From assembly GCA_964016885.1 (NCBI GenBank), contig OZ024745.1:72044001-72108000 (forward strand): 64,000 nt of DNA, written 5' to 3'. The stretch's first letter is position 1. Each line of letters opens with the position of its first letter. Of this stretch, positions 1 to 13,000 are shown piece by piece. This DNA comes from Eledone cirrhosa. Its lineage: Eukaryota. A model generated the notes under the pieces. The model saw nothing but the letters and a program-made list of their open reading frames with translations, was not told the origin of the DNA and did not search any database. The position numbers and the translations under genes were made by a program.

Positions 1-445
1 ATGCTACTGTACGTCTGTATACATATATGTATGTACGTATACATGCATACTTACATTTAAGTAAGTGCCATACTAAGAGTGAGAAATGAAATTTCGCTTT
101 CATTTTGTTTCAATTTATCGTTTTCGGTATGCCTGACCGATTTAACTCACTCAATATGCAAATTAGGCTGCTCAGCCGTTAATTTTCATAAGGAAAGTAT
201 ATACTTTCGAACGTTCAACTATCTGGCAGATGGGTAAACGGTGCTGATGATAGCTAACAAGCTTGAAACTAGTACATCGTTCCTGTGTCAGTGTTGAACA
301 AAAAGGTGACGTGGTTGCCTTAACACCGTATGGCATAAATTCAGGCTGTTCAGTTTGTTTACAAACGAACAAAGCGACGTTATAATAAGCGCCGCTAAAC
401 TGATACGTGCATATATGTATGTGTACCTGTATGCATATGTATATA

Positions 446-479
<34 letters not shown>

Positions 480-590
480 CATGGTACTGTACGTCTGTAT
501 ACATATATGTATGTACGTATACATGCATACTTACATTTAAGTAAGTGCCATACTAAGAGTGAGAAATGAAATTTCGCTTTCATTTTGTTT

Positions 591-593
<3 letters not shown>
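1..593 (+). mobile_element. Family A non-coding HHR element (retrozyme/Penelope-satellite-like), ~480-bp unit plus partial second copy, ending in (TA)n
   Basis: 1-113 is repeated almost exactly at 481-593; contains a type I HHR; homologous to 7582-8108 and 32626-33320; may extend left of the window. Confidence 0.8.
237..281 (+). ncRNA. Type I hammerhead ribozyme with minimal palindromic stem III
   Basis: AACGGUG-CUGAUGA-U-AGCU-aaca-AGCU-U-GAAAC-UA-GUA^-CAUCGUU; stem I 7 bp with one G-U; stem III ACUAGU is palindromic as in Penelope-type dimeric HHRs. Confidence 0.8.
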
Positions 594-669
<76 letters not shown>

Positions 670-754
670 GGAAAATTTGAACAGGAACAAAACAGAGAGG
701 CAGTACAACGAATGTTTATTAATTTCACGCTCTGGAGAGTGGGGTGGTGGTGGG

Positions 755-792
755 GAACGACGTTTCGGGCATAAGCCCTTCCTCAGGTGAGA
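755..792 (-). ncRNA. Penelope-type minimal hammerhead core (stem I degenerate)
   Basis: Minus strand CUGAGGA-A-GGGC-uuau-GCCC-GAAAC-GUC; only ~2 bp of stem I remain. Confidence 0.6.
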
Positions 793-2194
793 AGTGTGTG
801 GGAAGAGAGTTCAAAGGGTGTGTAGGGGAGTGATGGAGAGACATATAGCGAAAAGAGGGTGGGAGGAAACGGTGCGAATGAAATTAAAATAAAAATAAAA
901 ATAAAGCATGATCAAAATAAAATGAAATGAAATAAAAATAAATATAAAAGCATGATCAAAATAAACTGAAATTAAAAAGGGGTAAAACAGGTGGTGGAAG
1001 GGTGTGGGGTGTGTAGGGGTGGTGGATGGTGGAGTGGGGAGAGGGAGACGGGGTGTCCGAGCGGGGAGGGCTGAAGGTGGTGTGTGTGTGTAGGTGTACG
1101 TGTGTGTGTGTGTGTGTGTGTATGTGAAAGCAAGGGTTGGGGGAAGAACAGGGTTGCATGTTCAGGAAGAGGTGTGTGTGGGGTGGGGTGTAGGTCGGAG
1201 TGTCTGTGCGTGTGTGGATAGAGGGGTGGAGGGGGGAGAGGAGTCCGGAGGCTGAGGGTATAAATATGTGGTGGAAAGCACGTGTGTGTGGGGTTTAAGC
1301 GTGTTGTGGGTGTAGGTGGCGTGAGGGAGAAAAAAAATTTTTGGGGTGTGTGTGTGGGTGAGTTATATAGGTGATTCCGTAAGAGGATGAGGTTGAAAAG
1401 TTGGTAAACTCCTATGATTTTAGTAGATTCCACGGTGGTCAAGTTCCACATACGAGTATTCCATGAAGAGAAGGTCGGAAGAGGAGAGATGTGGGGTGCG
1501 CGCGCAACAGGAAGTGGTCAAGGCAGTGGGAGTGCTGTGTGTCTGTTTGTGCTGGGAGGTGGTCAGAAGGGCATAGCAGCAGTCGGGTGGAATGGTAAAG
1601 GGGCGAGGATGGGTAGGTGTGAAAGTTGGAGTGAGGAAGGTGTGTGTGTGTATTAGTAGAGGTGTTAGTGGGATGAGTGAGTGTGGAGAAAGGGTGTGGG
1701 TGGTGAGGTGGGGAAAGGGTTGAATGCAGGTGTGAGTGGGGGTTACTGGTGGTAGGGTGTGTAGAGTTGGTGGTGTACGAGGGTGTGTGGGTACGTGTGC
1801 GTGGGGTTGGGGGGTGTTAGTGATGTTAGTTGCGTGTGAGGTGGGTGGTGTAAGTGGGTGCGTGTGTTCGTGTGCTTGGGGTCAGGGGGTGTGATGTTAG
1901 TTGCGGGGTGGTGGGATGGAGGTGTGGGGGTGAGGGTTAGTGGTGGTAGTAGGGTGTGTGTTTAGTGTGAGCGCGTGTATATATATATGCCGGTGGGTGT
2001 GTGCGTGTGATAAGGAGGGGGGGAGGAGAAGAAGGGAGGGATATTAGTATGTTAGTTGGGGAAGGGTGGTCGGATGAGGGGTGGAGTGGAGGTGTTAGTA
2101 TTGTTAGTTGTGGGGTGGACGGTGAAAAGGAGGGGTGTGTTAGTGGTGTTAGTGGGGGAGATGTGTGGGGGGAGGGGGGCGGTCGAAGGCTAAA

Positions 2195-2372
2195 GGAATA
2201 AGGGTGGGGAGTTCAGGCCGGGGGGAGTGTGGGTCTGTAAGATGAAGATGGTTCTTTGTTCGACTCTAAGGAGATTGGCGGGTGTTCCGTGGCATTGGAG
2301 TAGGCCACAGACTGTGAGATGTCGTGCGGAATGTCCAGGGGCACCAAAGTCGCGGGCGATGGGGGAACTACC
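2195..2372 (-). pseudogene. C-terminal fragment of Penelope-like GIY-YIG endonuclease
   Basis: Manual translation GSSPIARDFGAPGHSARHLTVCGLLQCHGTPANLLRVEQRTIFILQTHTPPGLN matches the PVA.HF...GHS....V.GL...EQ..IF.L.T..P.GLN pattern of PLE endonuclease ends. Confidence 0.75.
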
Positions 2373-2373
2373 A

Positions 2374-2430
<57 letters not shown>

Positions 2431-2577
2431 TTGTGTGTAAGTGAGTAACGTGTGTGTGTTTGTTTGTATGCATGAGTTTGGTGTGTGCGCGCGTATGTAT
2501 GTGTGTGTCTGCGCGTGTGTGTATGTCGTACGTATAAGTGTCAATAAATGATTTTTTTTTCTTATGCGTGGAGACAC

Positions 2578-5500
2578 AGAAATAATCGGGCTGGATACCC
2601 GATTGCGCAGTTAAACCACTGGGAGTGAAGAACCACTAGCCCTTATCAGGGCATTCTTCTAGGAGAAGGCATCTCAGGAAACTGGGTTAACTCAGACATA
2701 AAACCTGCGGCTCAGTAGGTACCGATGATGTTGATCTTTTCTTCTTTTCGGGTTATAGTTACTGTCGCTCAGAGAGTGGGATTGGCTCAGTGCACAGTCT
2801 TTCCTCACTTTAAAAATATTCATCACGCACAGGCATTGCACGATTGCATTACCGCTCGTCATCGTGCCACTGTAATAGAGATAAACAAGGCATTTAGTCT
2901 TGGCTGCTGGAACGTACGGACGCTGCTTGACAGGGATTCCTTGGAGCGTCCTGAACGAAGGACCGCTCTTGTTGCAAAGGAGCTTCGACGTTACGATCTT
3001 GACATCGTGGCTTTATCTGAGACGAGGTTAGCTGGAGATGGTAATCTTACAGAATTTTGTGGAGAATATACATTCTTCTGGAAAGGAAGAGATGAAGGAA
3101 CCAGAAGAGAGGTTGGGGTAGCATTTGTTGTTAAGACTGTTTTTGTGAATAAATTAGAAGAATTCCCAGTAGGGATTAGTGAGCGTCTTATGTCCATGAG
3201 AATTCCGTTGGACAAAGGAAGATATGCGACCCTTGTGAGCGTGTATGCTCCAACTATGAATTCTGTCGATGAAGAAAAAGTGTCCTTTTACCATGCCTTG
3301 AAAGGTGTTTTAAGAAATATCCCTCAGGCAGACAAAGTCATCGTGCTTGGTGACTTTAATGCTAGAGTGGGTAGGGATTTTAACACATGGAATGTAATCG
3401 GAAGGCATGGGGTGGGAAAGTGTAACAACAATGGTATGCTCCTGCTGCAGATGTGTGAGGAGCTGGATCTGTGTGTTACCAACACCATGTTCCAACAAAA
3501 GAACAAATTCAAGACCACATGGATGCATTCTGCATCTAAGGAATGGCATCTTTTGGACTACCTCCTAGACAGGATACGTGACAGACAGGATGTGCAGTGT
3601 GTTCGTGCTTTTCGTGGAGCTGAGTGCTGGACGGACCACCGCCTGGTACGCGCAAAAGTGAAACTAATCACTAAACGTAAAATCCGGGCTCTTGGTGTTG
3701 CCCTGCCCAGAAGATTGAATGCTGCTCGTCTTAAGGATAAAAATGTGAAGAGGACATTGCAAGAAGAGATGCAGGTTGCAAATCTTGGTGAGGATTGGCC
3801 GACCCTTAAAAATTCGGTTTATGATGTAGGCAGGCGTGTTCTGGGATTGGTGCAGAGAAAACATCAAGACTGGTTTAATGAGAATAATGTACATATAGAA
3901 GAATTGTTGGCTCATAAGAGGCGTGCTCTGTCACGCTACTTGACGGCAAAACCACAGGAGAAGAATACGTTGCATAAGGAACTCAAGGATGTGAAATAAC
4001 GTGTTAGGCGGAGTCTTTCTCAGATGAAGGATCAGTGGTGGAGTGAGAAGGTTGATGAGATACAAAGTGCGTCAGATTCCAATAACACAAAGCTGTTGTA
4101 CAGTCTCTTGCGTGAGGTTTATGGACCGCCTTCTTCTCTGGTGACACCGCTTCGCAGCAAGGATGGCAAAGAACTTCTTCGTGACTCACAAGGAATTCTA
4201 CGAAGGTGGCGAGAGCACTTTGGTGATCTTTTGAATCAGCCGTCTGACGTCAATGAACATTTCCTCAATCTCATTCCAGAAACTCCAGTGGAAGTAGCTC
4301 TCGCAGAACCTCCGACGGTTGTGGAGGTTGCAGTGGCTATCTAGAAGCTGAACAGTGGAAGGTCTCCAGGTATGGATGGCATACATGCTGAGCTCCTACA
4401 ATATGGTGGTGAGAGACTCCTGCAACATCTTCACTCTTTGTTTGGCAGGATATGGGCTAATGAATCCGTATCTGAGGACTGGAGAGATGCAGTAATGGTG
4501 GTCTTGTACAAGGGAAAGGGTAACAGGAATGATTGTGGGAACTACAGAGGTATATCATTGTTTTCTGTCGTAGGAAAAGTTTTATGTAGGGTGCTTCTGG
4601 ACCGTTTGCTAACACACATTGCAGATTGTGTTCTTCCTGAAAGTCAATCTGGTTTTCGTGCTGGACGCGGCACTACTGATATGATCTCAGCTAGACAGCT
4701 CCAGGAGAAATGCATGGAACAAGGTTTGGATCTGTATCAGGTTTTTGTCGATCAGACAAAAGCTTTCGATGCTGTTAACAGAAATGCATTATGGAAGGTT
4801 CTCCAGAAACGTGGTTGCCCTGATAAGTTCCTTGCTTTAGTTAGGTCTTTCTATGACGACATGAAGGCTTGGGTTAATGTCGGAGGTAACATGTCGGAGC
4901 CTATCTCAGTAAAAAATGGAGTGAAACAGGGGGATGTTCCAGCACCGAACCTGTTTGCCATATACTTTGCAATGGTTTTCTGTATTGCATTCAGGAATTG
5001 CGAGCATGGTGTTTACATCCGATATCGAACCTCAGGCAGCATATTTAACATCAGGCGCTTTGCTGCAAAGATAAAAGTATTTACATCAATCATAAGAGAC
5101 CTCTTGTATGCAGATGATTGCGATCTTGTAGCGCACACAGAGAGTGATATGCAGCACATTTTGAATGCATTTTCTGATGCTTGCACTACCCTAGGATTGA
5201 CTGTCAGTTTCAAGAAAACCGTCGTCATGTACCAACCTGCCCCTGGTAAGCAGTACAGTGAACCAAATATCTATGTGTATGGTAAACGACTTGGACTGGT
5301 TGATCAGTTTGTCTACCTGGGAAGCACTGTCAATCGATACAGCAACCTTGATAGTGAAATCGCACTTAGGATTAGGAAAGCAAGTGATGCTTTCGGAAAG
5401 CTAAAAAGGCGACTCTGGAGTCGGCGATACATATGCAAGAAGACAAAGGTAAAGGTGTACAGGCATGTGTGCTCTCTTCCCTTCTTTATGCCTGCGAGAC

Positions 5501-6470
5501 CTGGGTCACATATCGACACCACCTTAAGCAATTGGAGCGTTTCCATCAGATGTGTCTCAGACGGATCCATAGCGTTCACTGAGGGGACCACATCAGTGAT
5601 GTCGAGATTTTGGAAAGCACTATGTGTGACAGTATAGAAGCTCTTGTGCTTAAGCAACGACTCCGTTGGAGTGGTCACCTTGCCAGGATGAAGGATTCTA
5701 GAATACCAAAACAACTCTTTTATGGAGAGTTAGTTAAAGGAAAACGACCGCCACATAAACAAAAAAAGAGGTATAAGGATTCCTTGAAAGCCTCTTTGAA
5801 AAACGCTAACATCTCTGCTGATACATGGGAAAATATTGCTGCTGATCGTAATAAATGGAGAAAGACTGTATATGACGGAAAGTTGCCTTTGAGGCATCTC
5901 GAATCGGATACGAGAGAGTAAAGCAGGATGTGAGGAAGGGCATTGCTGTTGCACTTCCAGACGGCGAGGGTCCACCTATGGTGCTGACATGCAGCGTCTG
6001 TGCGAGACTCTGCCTAAGCAAAGCTGGACACAAAAGTCATCTTCGCAGTCATAAAGTAAGACCAGTGGTTGACTACCAGGCTGCTGTTGAAGATGCTACA
6101 CATCATGCTTGCCAAGCATGTGGTAGAGAATGTAAATCAGCAGGAGGGCTCAAGCGACATGCAAAAGTACATGAACTCCAACCACAGCCGGCTATTCCTA
6201 GTGAATGCTTTGGTTGCCGACCCTTAGCAAGACATTTTAGATCATTGGCTGGGCTAAAAAGCCACATTCGATCGCAGCGCTGTTAAGTGTGTATATATAT
6301 CTTTATGTGTGTGCGTGTGTGTGTATATATATATATATGTATATTATTATTGTTGTTGTTGTCGTTATTATTATTATTATTATTATTATTATTGTTATTG
6401 TTATTCCTTGAATCTCAGTCATTGATGTTGGTTAACTGGAAAGTCCGTTGGATTGAATATCAAGCCACTA

Positions 6471-6516
<46 letters not shown>

Positions 6517-6606
6517 GTTATTAATATATAAATATATATATATATATTTTTTTTTCTCGTGCAATGGCTATACTCGATAACGAGGGGGCAACCATCATCA
6601 TCATCA
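2578..6606 (+). mobile_element. Near-full-length RTE-clade LINE, inactivated
   Basis: 5' UTR ~2578-2890; APE and RT domains; 3' hairpin ACTCG-ataa-CGAG at ~6571 followed by (CAT)n tail; boundaries approximate. Confidence 0.9.
2725..6286 (+). pseudogene. RTE polyprotein (APE endonuclease, reverse transcriptase, C-terminal C2H2 fingers) disrupted by stops and frameshifts
   Basis: LGCWNVRTL, VALSETR, LGDFNARVG, TDHRLV (APE); NYRGISL, LPESQSGFR, GVKQGD, LLYADD, FVYLGS (RT); RLRWSGHLARM; stops at 3997-3999 and 4342-4344, frameshifts near 5460 and ~5880-5930. Confidence 0.92.
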
Positions 6607-6777
6607 TATATATATATATATATATATTATATATGTAACGAATGGGCTTTGACAATATATAAACAACCTTCCGGTTATCGAACCAACCAACCAACCAACC
6701 GGAAACTTATAATAAATTGAAGTGAAAACCAACAGGTGCATGTGTTTTTATTGGCAACATGACCCCCCCCCCCAAAG

Positions 6778-6831
<54 letters not shown>

Positions 6832-6871
6832 TAAATATACACGGGTGTGTATGATTGTGTATAGAAGATTA

Positions 6872-7258
6872 TATTAATAAAAGGAATTCCAACTTTGTCT
6901 GATTTACTCGTTTTATTTACAATCCTTTAAAATTTATAAGAGTATTAGAATGAAATAGTATGGTAGAATATTAAATGTTAAGTGTTAATTGAACAAGTAC
7001 TTTCATGCTTTCGCAATCTTCAGGTTCAAATTCTGTGGTGACAGTCAAGTTTGCAATTTTCAACAGTTGAAAATTGCAAACTTGACTGTCACCACAGAAT
7101 TTGAACCTGAAGATTGCGAAAGCATGAAAGTACTTGTTCAATTAACACTTAACATTTAATATTCTACCATACTATTTCATTCTAATACTCTTATAAATTT
7201 TAAAGGATTGTAAATAAAACGAGTAAATCAGACAAAGTTGGAATTCCTTTTATTAATA
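6872..7258. repeat. Apparently perfect palindrome, 193-bp arms, 1-nt spacer at 7065
   Basis: Centre ...GCAATTTTCAAC-A-GTTGAAAATTGC...; ends TATTAATAAAAGG / CCTTTTATTAATA. Confidence 0.9.
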
Positions 7259-7277
7259 CATATATATATATATACAA

Positions 7278-7323
<46 letters not shown>

Positions 7324-7451
7324 TTATATATACATATATATATGCATATATATATATACATATATATATATACATATATATACATACATATATACATATA
7401 CATACATATATATATATATGCATATATATATACATATATACATATACATAC

Positions 7452-7502
<51 letters not shown>

Positions 7503-7508
7503 TATATG

Positions 7509-7581
<73 letters not shown>

Positions 7582-7583
<2 letters not shown>

Positions 7584-8105
7584 GGGAAAAATGAAACGAA
7601 ATTTCATTTCCCACTCTTAGTACGGCTGTTACTTAAATATAAGTATGTACACGTACATACATATATGTATACAGACGTACAGTAGTATGTATATATATAT
7701 ACATACATGCACACATATATATATGTACGTATATATATTTTTTCCGTTTATCGTTTTCGGTGCACCCTGCCGATTAACCCACTCGATATGCACATTGGGC
7801 TACTCAGCCGTTAATATGCATAAGATAAGTATATACGTTCAACAATCTGGCAGGAAGGTATACGTTGCTGACGATAGATAATAAGCTTGAAACTAGTACA
7901 GCGTTCCTTTGTCAGTGTTGAACAAACGAGCAACGATGGTTGCTGGACACTACGGCTTAATACGGGATGTTTGTTTACAAACACACCGAGCATTATAATA
8001 AATGTTCGGTGAATCCATACGTACATATATATATGTGTGCAAGTATGTATATATATATACATACTACTGTACGTCTGTATACATATATGTATGTACGTGT
8101 ACATA

Positions 8106-8108
<3 letters not shown>
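7582..8108 (+). mobile_element. Family A HHR element with inverted 5' segment (7582-7730 minus, 7738-8108 plus)
   Basis: Homologous to 1-593; flanked by (TA)n on both sides. Confidence 0.8.
7862..7904 (+). ncRNA. Type I hammerhead, family A copy
   Basis: ACGUUG-CUGACGA-uagauaauaagcuu-GAAAC-UA-GUA^-CAGCGU; stem I differs from 237-281 but still pairs; stem II partly decayed. Confidence 0.7.
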
Positions 8109-8161
<53 letters not shown>

Positions 8162-8192
8162 TAGGATTAGGAAAGCAAGTAATATATATATA

Positions 8193-8276
<84 letters not shown>

Positions 8277-9984
8277 TATATACATGTTGTGGTTATAAAC
8301 TCTGGCTACATGCATTGGGTCGTTTTATTCATGATGTCACTCTTTCTTAACTTTGTGTTTACTCTGAACGACAATGCATTAACTTTTTGCACCATTGAAT
8401 GCTTTGTGACTGCCTCAGACAATTCGAATTGTATCTGCTCTATTGCGGCTACAACTTCGATTTATACCTATTATATATATATTTAAATACCGCAAAGCAT
8501 TTTGTTCGACGCTCTACCGATATTGCTAATAAACTGCTCTGTTAGAAATACCAAATCACCATGAATGTAATTCATGGTTATTGTTGACCAGATATATATA
8601 CTATAAATATACACATGCGGTGCCCCAGCAGGGCCCCAGCCCCTCGACAGGAACGCAAATGAATAAAAAAATAAAATTTAGTGTCACAAATGCTGAAATA
8701 TTTAACGAAAACCATATTATTTTTCATTTAATATCCGAACAATATGAAGAGATACACAATTTACAGCGTGATAAAAGAATTGATATATTTCATTGAAAAA
8801 AAAAAAAAAAAAAGAAGGAAAGGAAGCGATCGTGAAATCGGACCAAGGGAACAAAGTTTCCATTTGTCTTTCCCTTTCTACTTTCTACTGATATCTGCCT
8901 GCTGCAATCCCTGATAGAAAGAGCTGAGATTTGAATACGGAACACACGAAGTCCCAGATACCACAAAAAACCCTGTTCTGTTTGATTCTTTAATAATTAA
9001 GAGTAACGTAATTTTTCAGCATTGCACATATCAAAGGTTGAACGTTTCTCTATCTTCCTTAATTCAGCAAAATTAGGCTGTTCAGAACATTCACTTCGTT
9101 GAAAAGACTTAAACGTTTAAGTTATGTTTTATAATAGTTTAATGTTTTAATTCTTTCCGGGACAAAGAATTTCACAAGATGACAGGAGAACATATTTAGA
9201 TTTCATTTCTCCCAACTTTTCGGCTAATATATAAATAATACTGGAATGTGATGGCAGAAATGATTTAAGATTTTTACTTATCGTATTATATCAGATGTGT
9301 CGACTACTCTGGAATTCCTTAGTTTAGTTTCTTATTACTTATTGATAAATCCGGAATTCTCAGCAGGAAAAGTTTCCCATTTCATTTTGCACAACAAAAT
9401 GACGTCTGGAGTCGTGTAAAACATTAAGTAACATTGCCAATATTTTTGATAGGACATTTATTAAGACAGAAAAAGAAGAAAGTGAAACCTTAGCAATGAA
9501 TGTGAAAATTATGTCAATTTATTTTAAAGTGGGGTCTTGAAATAATATAAGTAACTTAATTTCGTAATATGAAAATATATAAAATATAGGTTGCTGTGAA
9601 AGTAAGCAAAATATGTTGAGTTTTAATTTGGCAAAAGTTTAACTGCTGGCATCCTTCCCTTGCCTTGCCCTTCTTAACATTCCAATAATCACTCGAATAC
9701 GATATGAATTTTACTGAATTCTCTGATTTGACTTTGCCCTTCAATATATATCACATTAACATTCATTAACATTCATTAAATTTTTTCTCAATCAAAACGA
9801 ATCCATTTAATTTGGCAATGAAAATATGATTTCTTCAAAAATACGATTTTTAATGTCTTTTTCTATTTTTTAAAATATACCCAGATATTTGTGAGGTCAC
9901 ATGTTTTAGAGATATAATGACGATCAGAAGTATGTCATTAGGTTAGATAACATTTATCACGCTGTGTTTCTTAAATCCTTGCAG

Positions 9985-10053
9985 ACGTTATTGAAACATT
10001 AGTAAACGGCACAGTATTAATGATGAGCTTTGAGCGAGAAAATGCCATACTAG
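9985..10053 (+). other. Possible 69-nt exon
   Basis: Pyrimidine-rich tract + TTGCAG acceptor, open phase-1 frame (D)VIETLVNGTVLMMSFERENAIL, AG|GTGAAT donor; no homology recognised. Confidence 0.2.
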
Positions 10054-12053
10054 GTGAATGCCCATAAAAAAAGACTTGACAATCGCGACTCTCTGGTTTT
10101 CTCGCCTAAAATATAAGACTTTTCCTCTTTGAATAAATGATATAAGTATTTTACAGAAATAAATTTAAGATTGAATCAGTAATAGTTGTGTGTACTGCAG
10201 AGAACAGGTGTAGAATTGAGGTTGGAAAGTCGAATCTACAGTCGAATTTCGATTTCTGTTTGAAACTTTTTCATTCCATGTATATTACTTATGTCATTGT
10301 CATAATTCTTAAGCTTTGTGTCAAAGCAGGAAAGCAATTTACAATGCAAGAGATGACGTTTTTATAGTATAGTGAATGCATTATGGAATCGGAATCTAGT
10401 AACAAAAACAACACACACAAAAAAAAATAAAAACCCCCAAAACAATAAACAAACAAGCAAAAAACAAAAAACAAAACAAAACAAAACAAATCCAATTCAA
10501 ACTTACAGATACACACCAGTGAATAAGATATTGTAACGAATCTGTCTTTGTAAGTTGCCATATTTTGTAATCTTTATTGTATGACATTGAATCAGTTTGT
10601 ATTGAAACAAAATTGTTTATTAAAAACATTTTATTCAAGTAAGACATAATATAAAGACTGCATTGAGGAACTTGATGTTGACAAAATACAATGACTCAAG
10701 AGAATTGAGATCATGTGCAGTTTATATTTTTCTTAGGAGTAAAACTAGCATATATGAAGTGAATTTGTGTGGAATGTTCTTAAGATTTATAGATTAGCTT
10801 ATACACTTAGTATACTCTCAACAATGCACAGACAATATTTTTCGTAGGACAACAGTTGTAAGTCAATCAAAAAGATTGGTTTATAATTGGTTCAAAAGTC
10901 TCGCTCGATATTAGGTGTAATGCCAATTCACTTGGTAATATATTTATATATAGGTATATCCATATTCCTGTTCAGTGGGTTTACAAGCCCCATTATTAGA
11001 CTACATTATTTAGACAATGTTACGGCGAAGATTTTACTTCTGTTTCAATTCTAATCTTTGCTCGCCGCGTTATACATACACACACACACACACACACACA
11101 TACACACATATATATATATATATATATACATGGACGCACACACACACACACACACACACACATATTTATATACATTCCTTCAAATCTCAAAAAAATTCTC
11201 AAAAAAATACATTCCTTCAATTCTCAAAAAAAATCCTAAAGGTTAGATGATAATTAACTTACAGACATCCTTCCGGGAAACAAGTAATATCCTGGGGTAG
11301 ATTTACTTGACTGTACTCTCCATCAAAATATCTGGCGATTGAGAAATATATTAACATGAACAGTAGTTTTCGCCAGTGACTAAGTCAGAGTTTAAAATAA
11401 ATTATTTTCTTGTAATTTAAAGACGATAGCTTGTTTGCAGTAAAATGCATTACCATTTTTGAGACAAAGCAGTAGAATAAAATGTTTATACGTGCCAGCT
11501 GTATGTGGCATATAAGATGAATAACTATTATAACTGAAATCCAATATGAAAAGTATAAGAAATTTTAATTTGTTGGGAAAATCTTTCTAATACATAATGT
11601 TGATGAAATTCTAATTGTTTCGGTATCAGACAGAACATTCCCGTGTGACTATGAAACACTTAATTATGGTTTCGTAAAGTTATTTATGTCAGGAATTATT
11701 TTGTAATTAAGCGTATAGTGATATTTTTAAAAAGAAAATACAGTAAAATGTCTGCAGAAAAATCATCAAACACTGTCTTCATTTGTCTTCTAACTTTTTA
11801 TTCTGAAGTCACCGATTATGTACCATCTACCATCGCTTACCAATGACTGAATGAATTTGTTTCATCCTTTTTGCTTCTACTTTTTTTTTACAATCTTTTT
11901 TTGTCCAACCCTATACTTATTTATTAAATCTTTCTTATCCTGTAATATATTCCTCAACTATATATTCTTGAATACCAATCTCCAAGAATCACTTTAAGTC
12001 TCTCATTTATCCCTAAATCTACACTTGGGAATCTGTTTTTATTTTAACCTATT

Positions 12054-12245
12054 GTCAGGTCACTCTCGAGTGCTACTGGTAACGTAAACCAGTACAACCT
12101 GTCGCATGGTCGAGTCGTCGGCGACTAAACTGGCAACCCCAAGTTTACTTGGTGAGGAGGGTGATTTTGGACACCCTGCAGGACAAAAAACAAAACCTGA
12201 CAAAGGGCGGAAGAACTCATAAGAGTCAACTGCTATCCAAAAATG
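12054..12245 (+). mobile_element. 5' portion of a non-autonomous RTE-derived family related to 61644-62253
   Basis: GTCAGGTCAC...GGCGACTAAACTGGCAACC...AAGAGTCAA shared with 61644-61835. Confidence 0.7.
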
Positions 12246-12295
12246 TGTAAATATGTATATAGACATGTACATAAGTATGTGTATGCGTGTGTATA

Positions 12296-13000
12296 TGCCT
12301 GGGGTGTCAGGGAGGGGCATGTACCTCTGTAGGGGGGGGGATAGCCATGCCCTTTTCAGGACAGCTCGTCCTGCATTGGGTCCCACCTGACACTCAGCTC
12401 TCACCTGTGGCCCCAAGAAGCTGTAGCATGCGACAGCGGCCACACCCCGGTAAACCGCCTTGGCTGGCGGGCCGAACCAGGTTAAGGGTAGCCGGACGGG
12501 TCTGAAACCCCCCGGTGAGTTAGATAGGGGATTCCTGCCCCTGATACGAAGACTGGACCCGGCGGAGTGAATGGAGGAGGATAACATCGTCCCAACGGTC
12601 ACGAAGGCGGCGTCAGCAAGCGGTGTGGAGCGCTAGGGCACGGCAAGGCACTACAGACGTCGTGGCACTACAGAAGCCCCTGGTCGAGACGGTGCTCCGT
12701 ACTACCAGATTCTGGCTTCTGCGACCGTCACTGTGCACTGCCCCCCCAACTATAAACCTTTCGCGCACAGGTTTCTTCTTTAGCGTGCACTCCCAATGCC
12801 CTGCGGCGATAGGCAAGAGGCGGAGGTAACAGGTGGAGGTAACCTCTGGGAGTTGTCAGTCTGACTCCGGTCTCTTCCCCTGCCCCCACTGTCCCCGGAC
12901 CTGCAAGTCAAGGATCGGCCTCCACAGCCACCTTCGTACCCACGGAAGACGGGAACAACAATAAAGAAGATGTCATCATCGTTTACGATGGACAACCAAG
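12296..13000 (+). mobile_element. Internally deleted (bipartite) RTE/BovB-like element: GC-rich 5' UTR fused to the 3' end
   Basis: 3' part encodes CPRTCKSRIGLHSHLRTH, a typical RTE terminus, then GTCATCATCG...CGATGGACAACC; related 3' copy at 62559-62803. Confidence 0.7.

Larger units (their letters stand above)
668..2372 (-). mobile_element. 5'-truncated Penelope-like element (GIY-YIG C-terminus, long CA-rich 3' region, HHR-bearing end) between two (TA)n tracts
   Basis: Minus-strand peptide at ~2195-2372 plus HHR core at 759-786. Confidence 0.7.

Noticed and set aside
7200-7685. Many YI/HT/CV-repeat ORFs here and across the window
   Set aside because: Translations of (TA)n, (CA)n and (TG)n microsatellites
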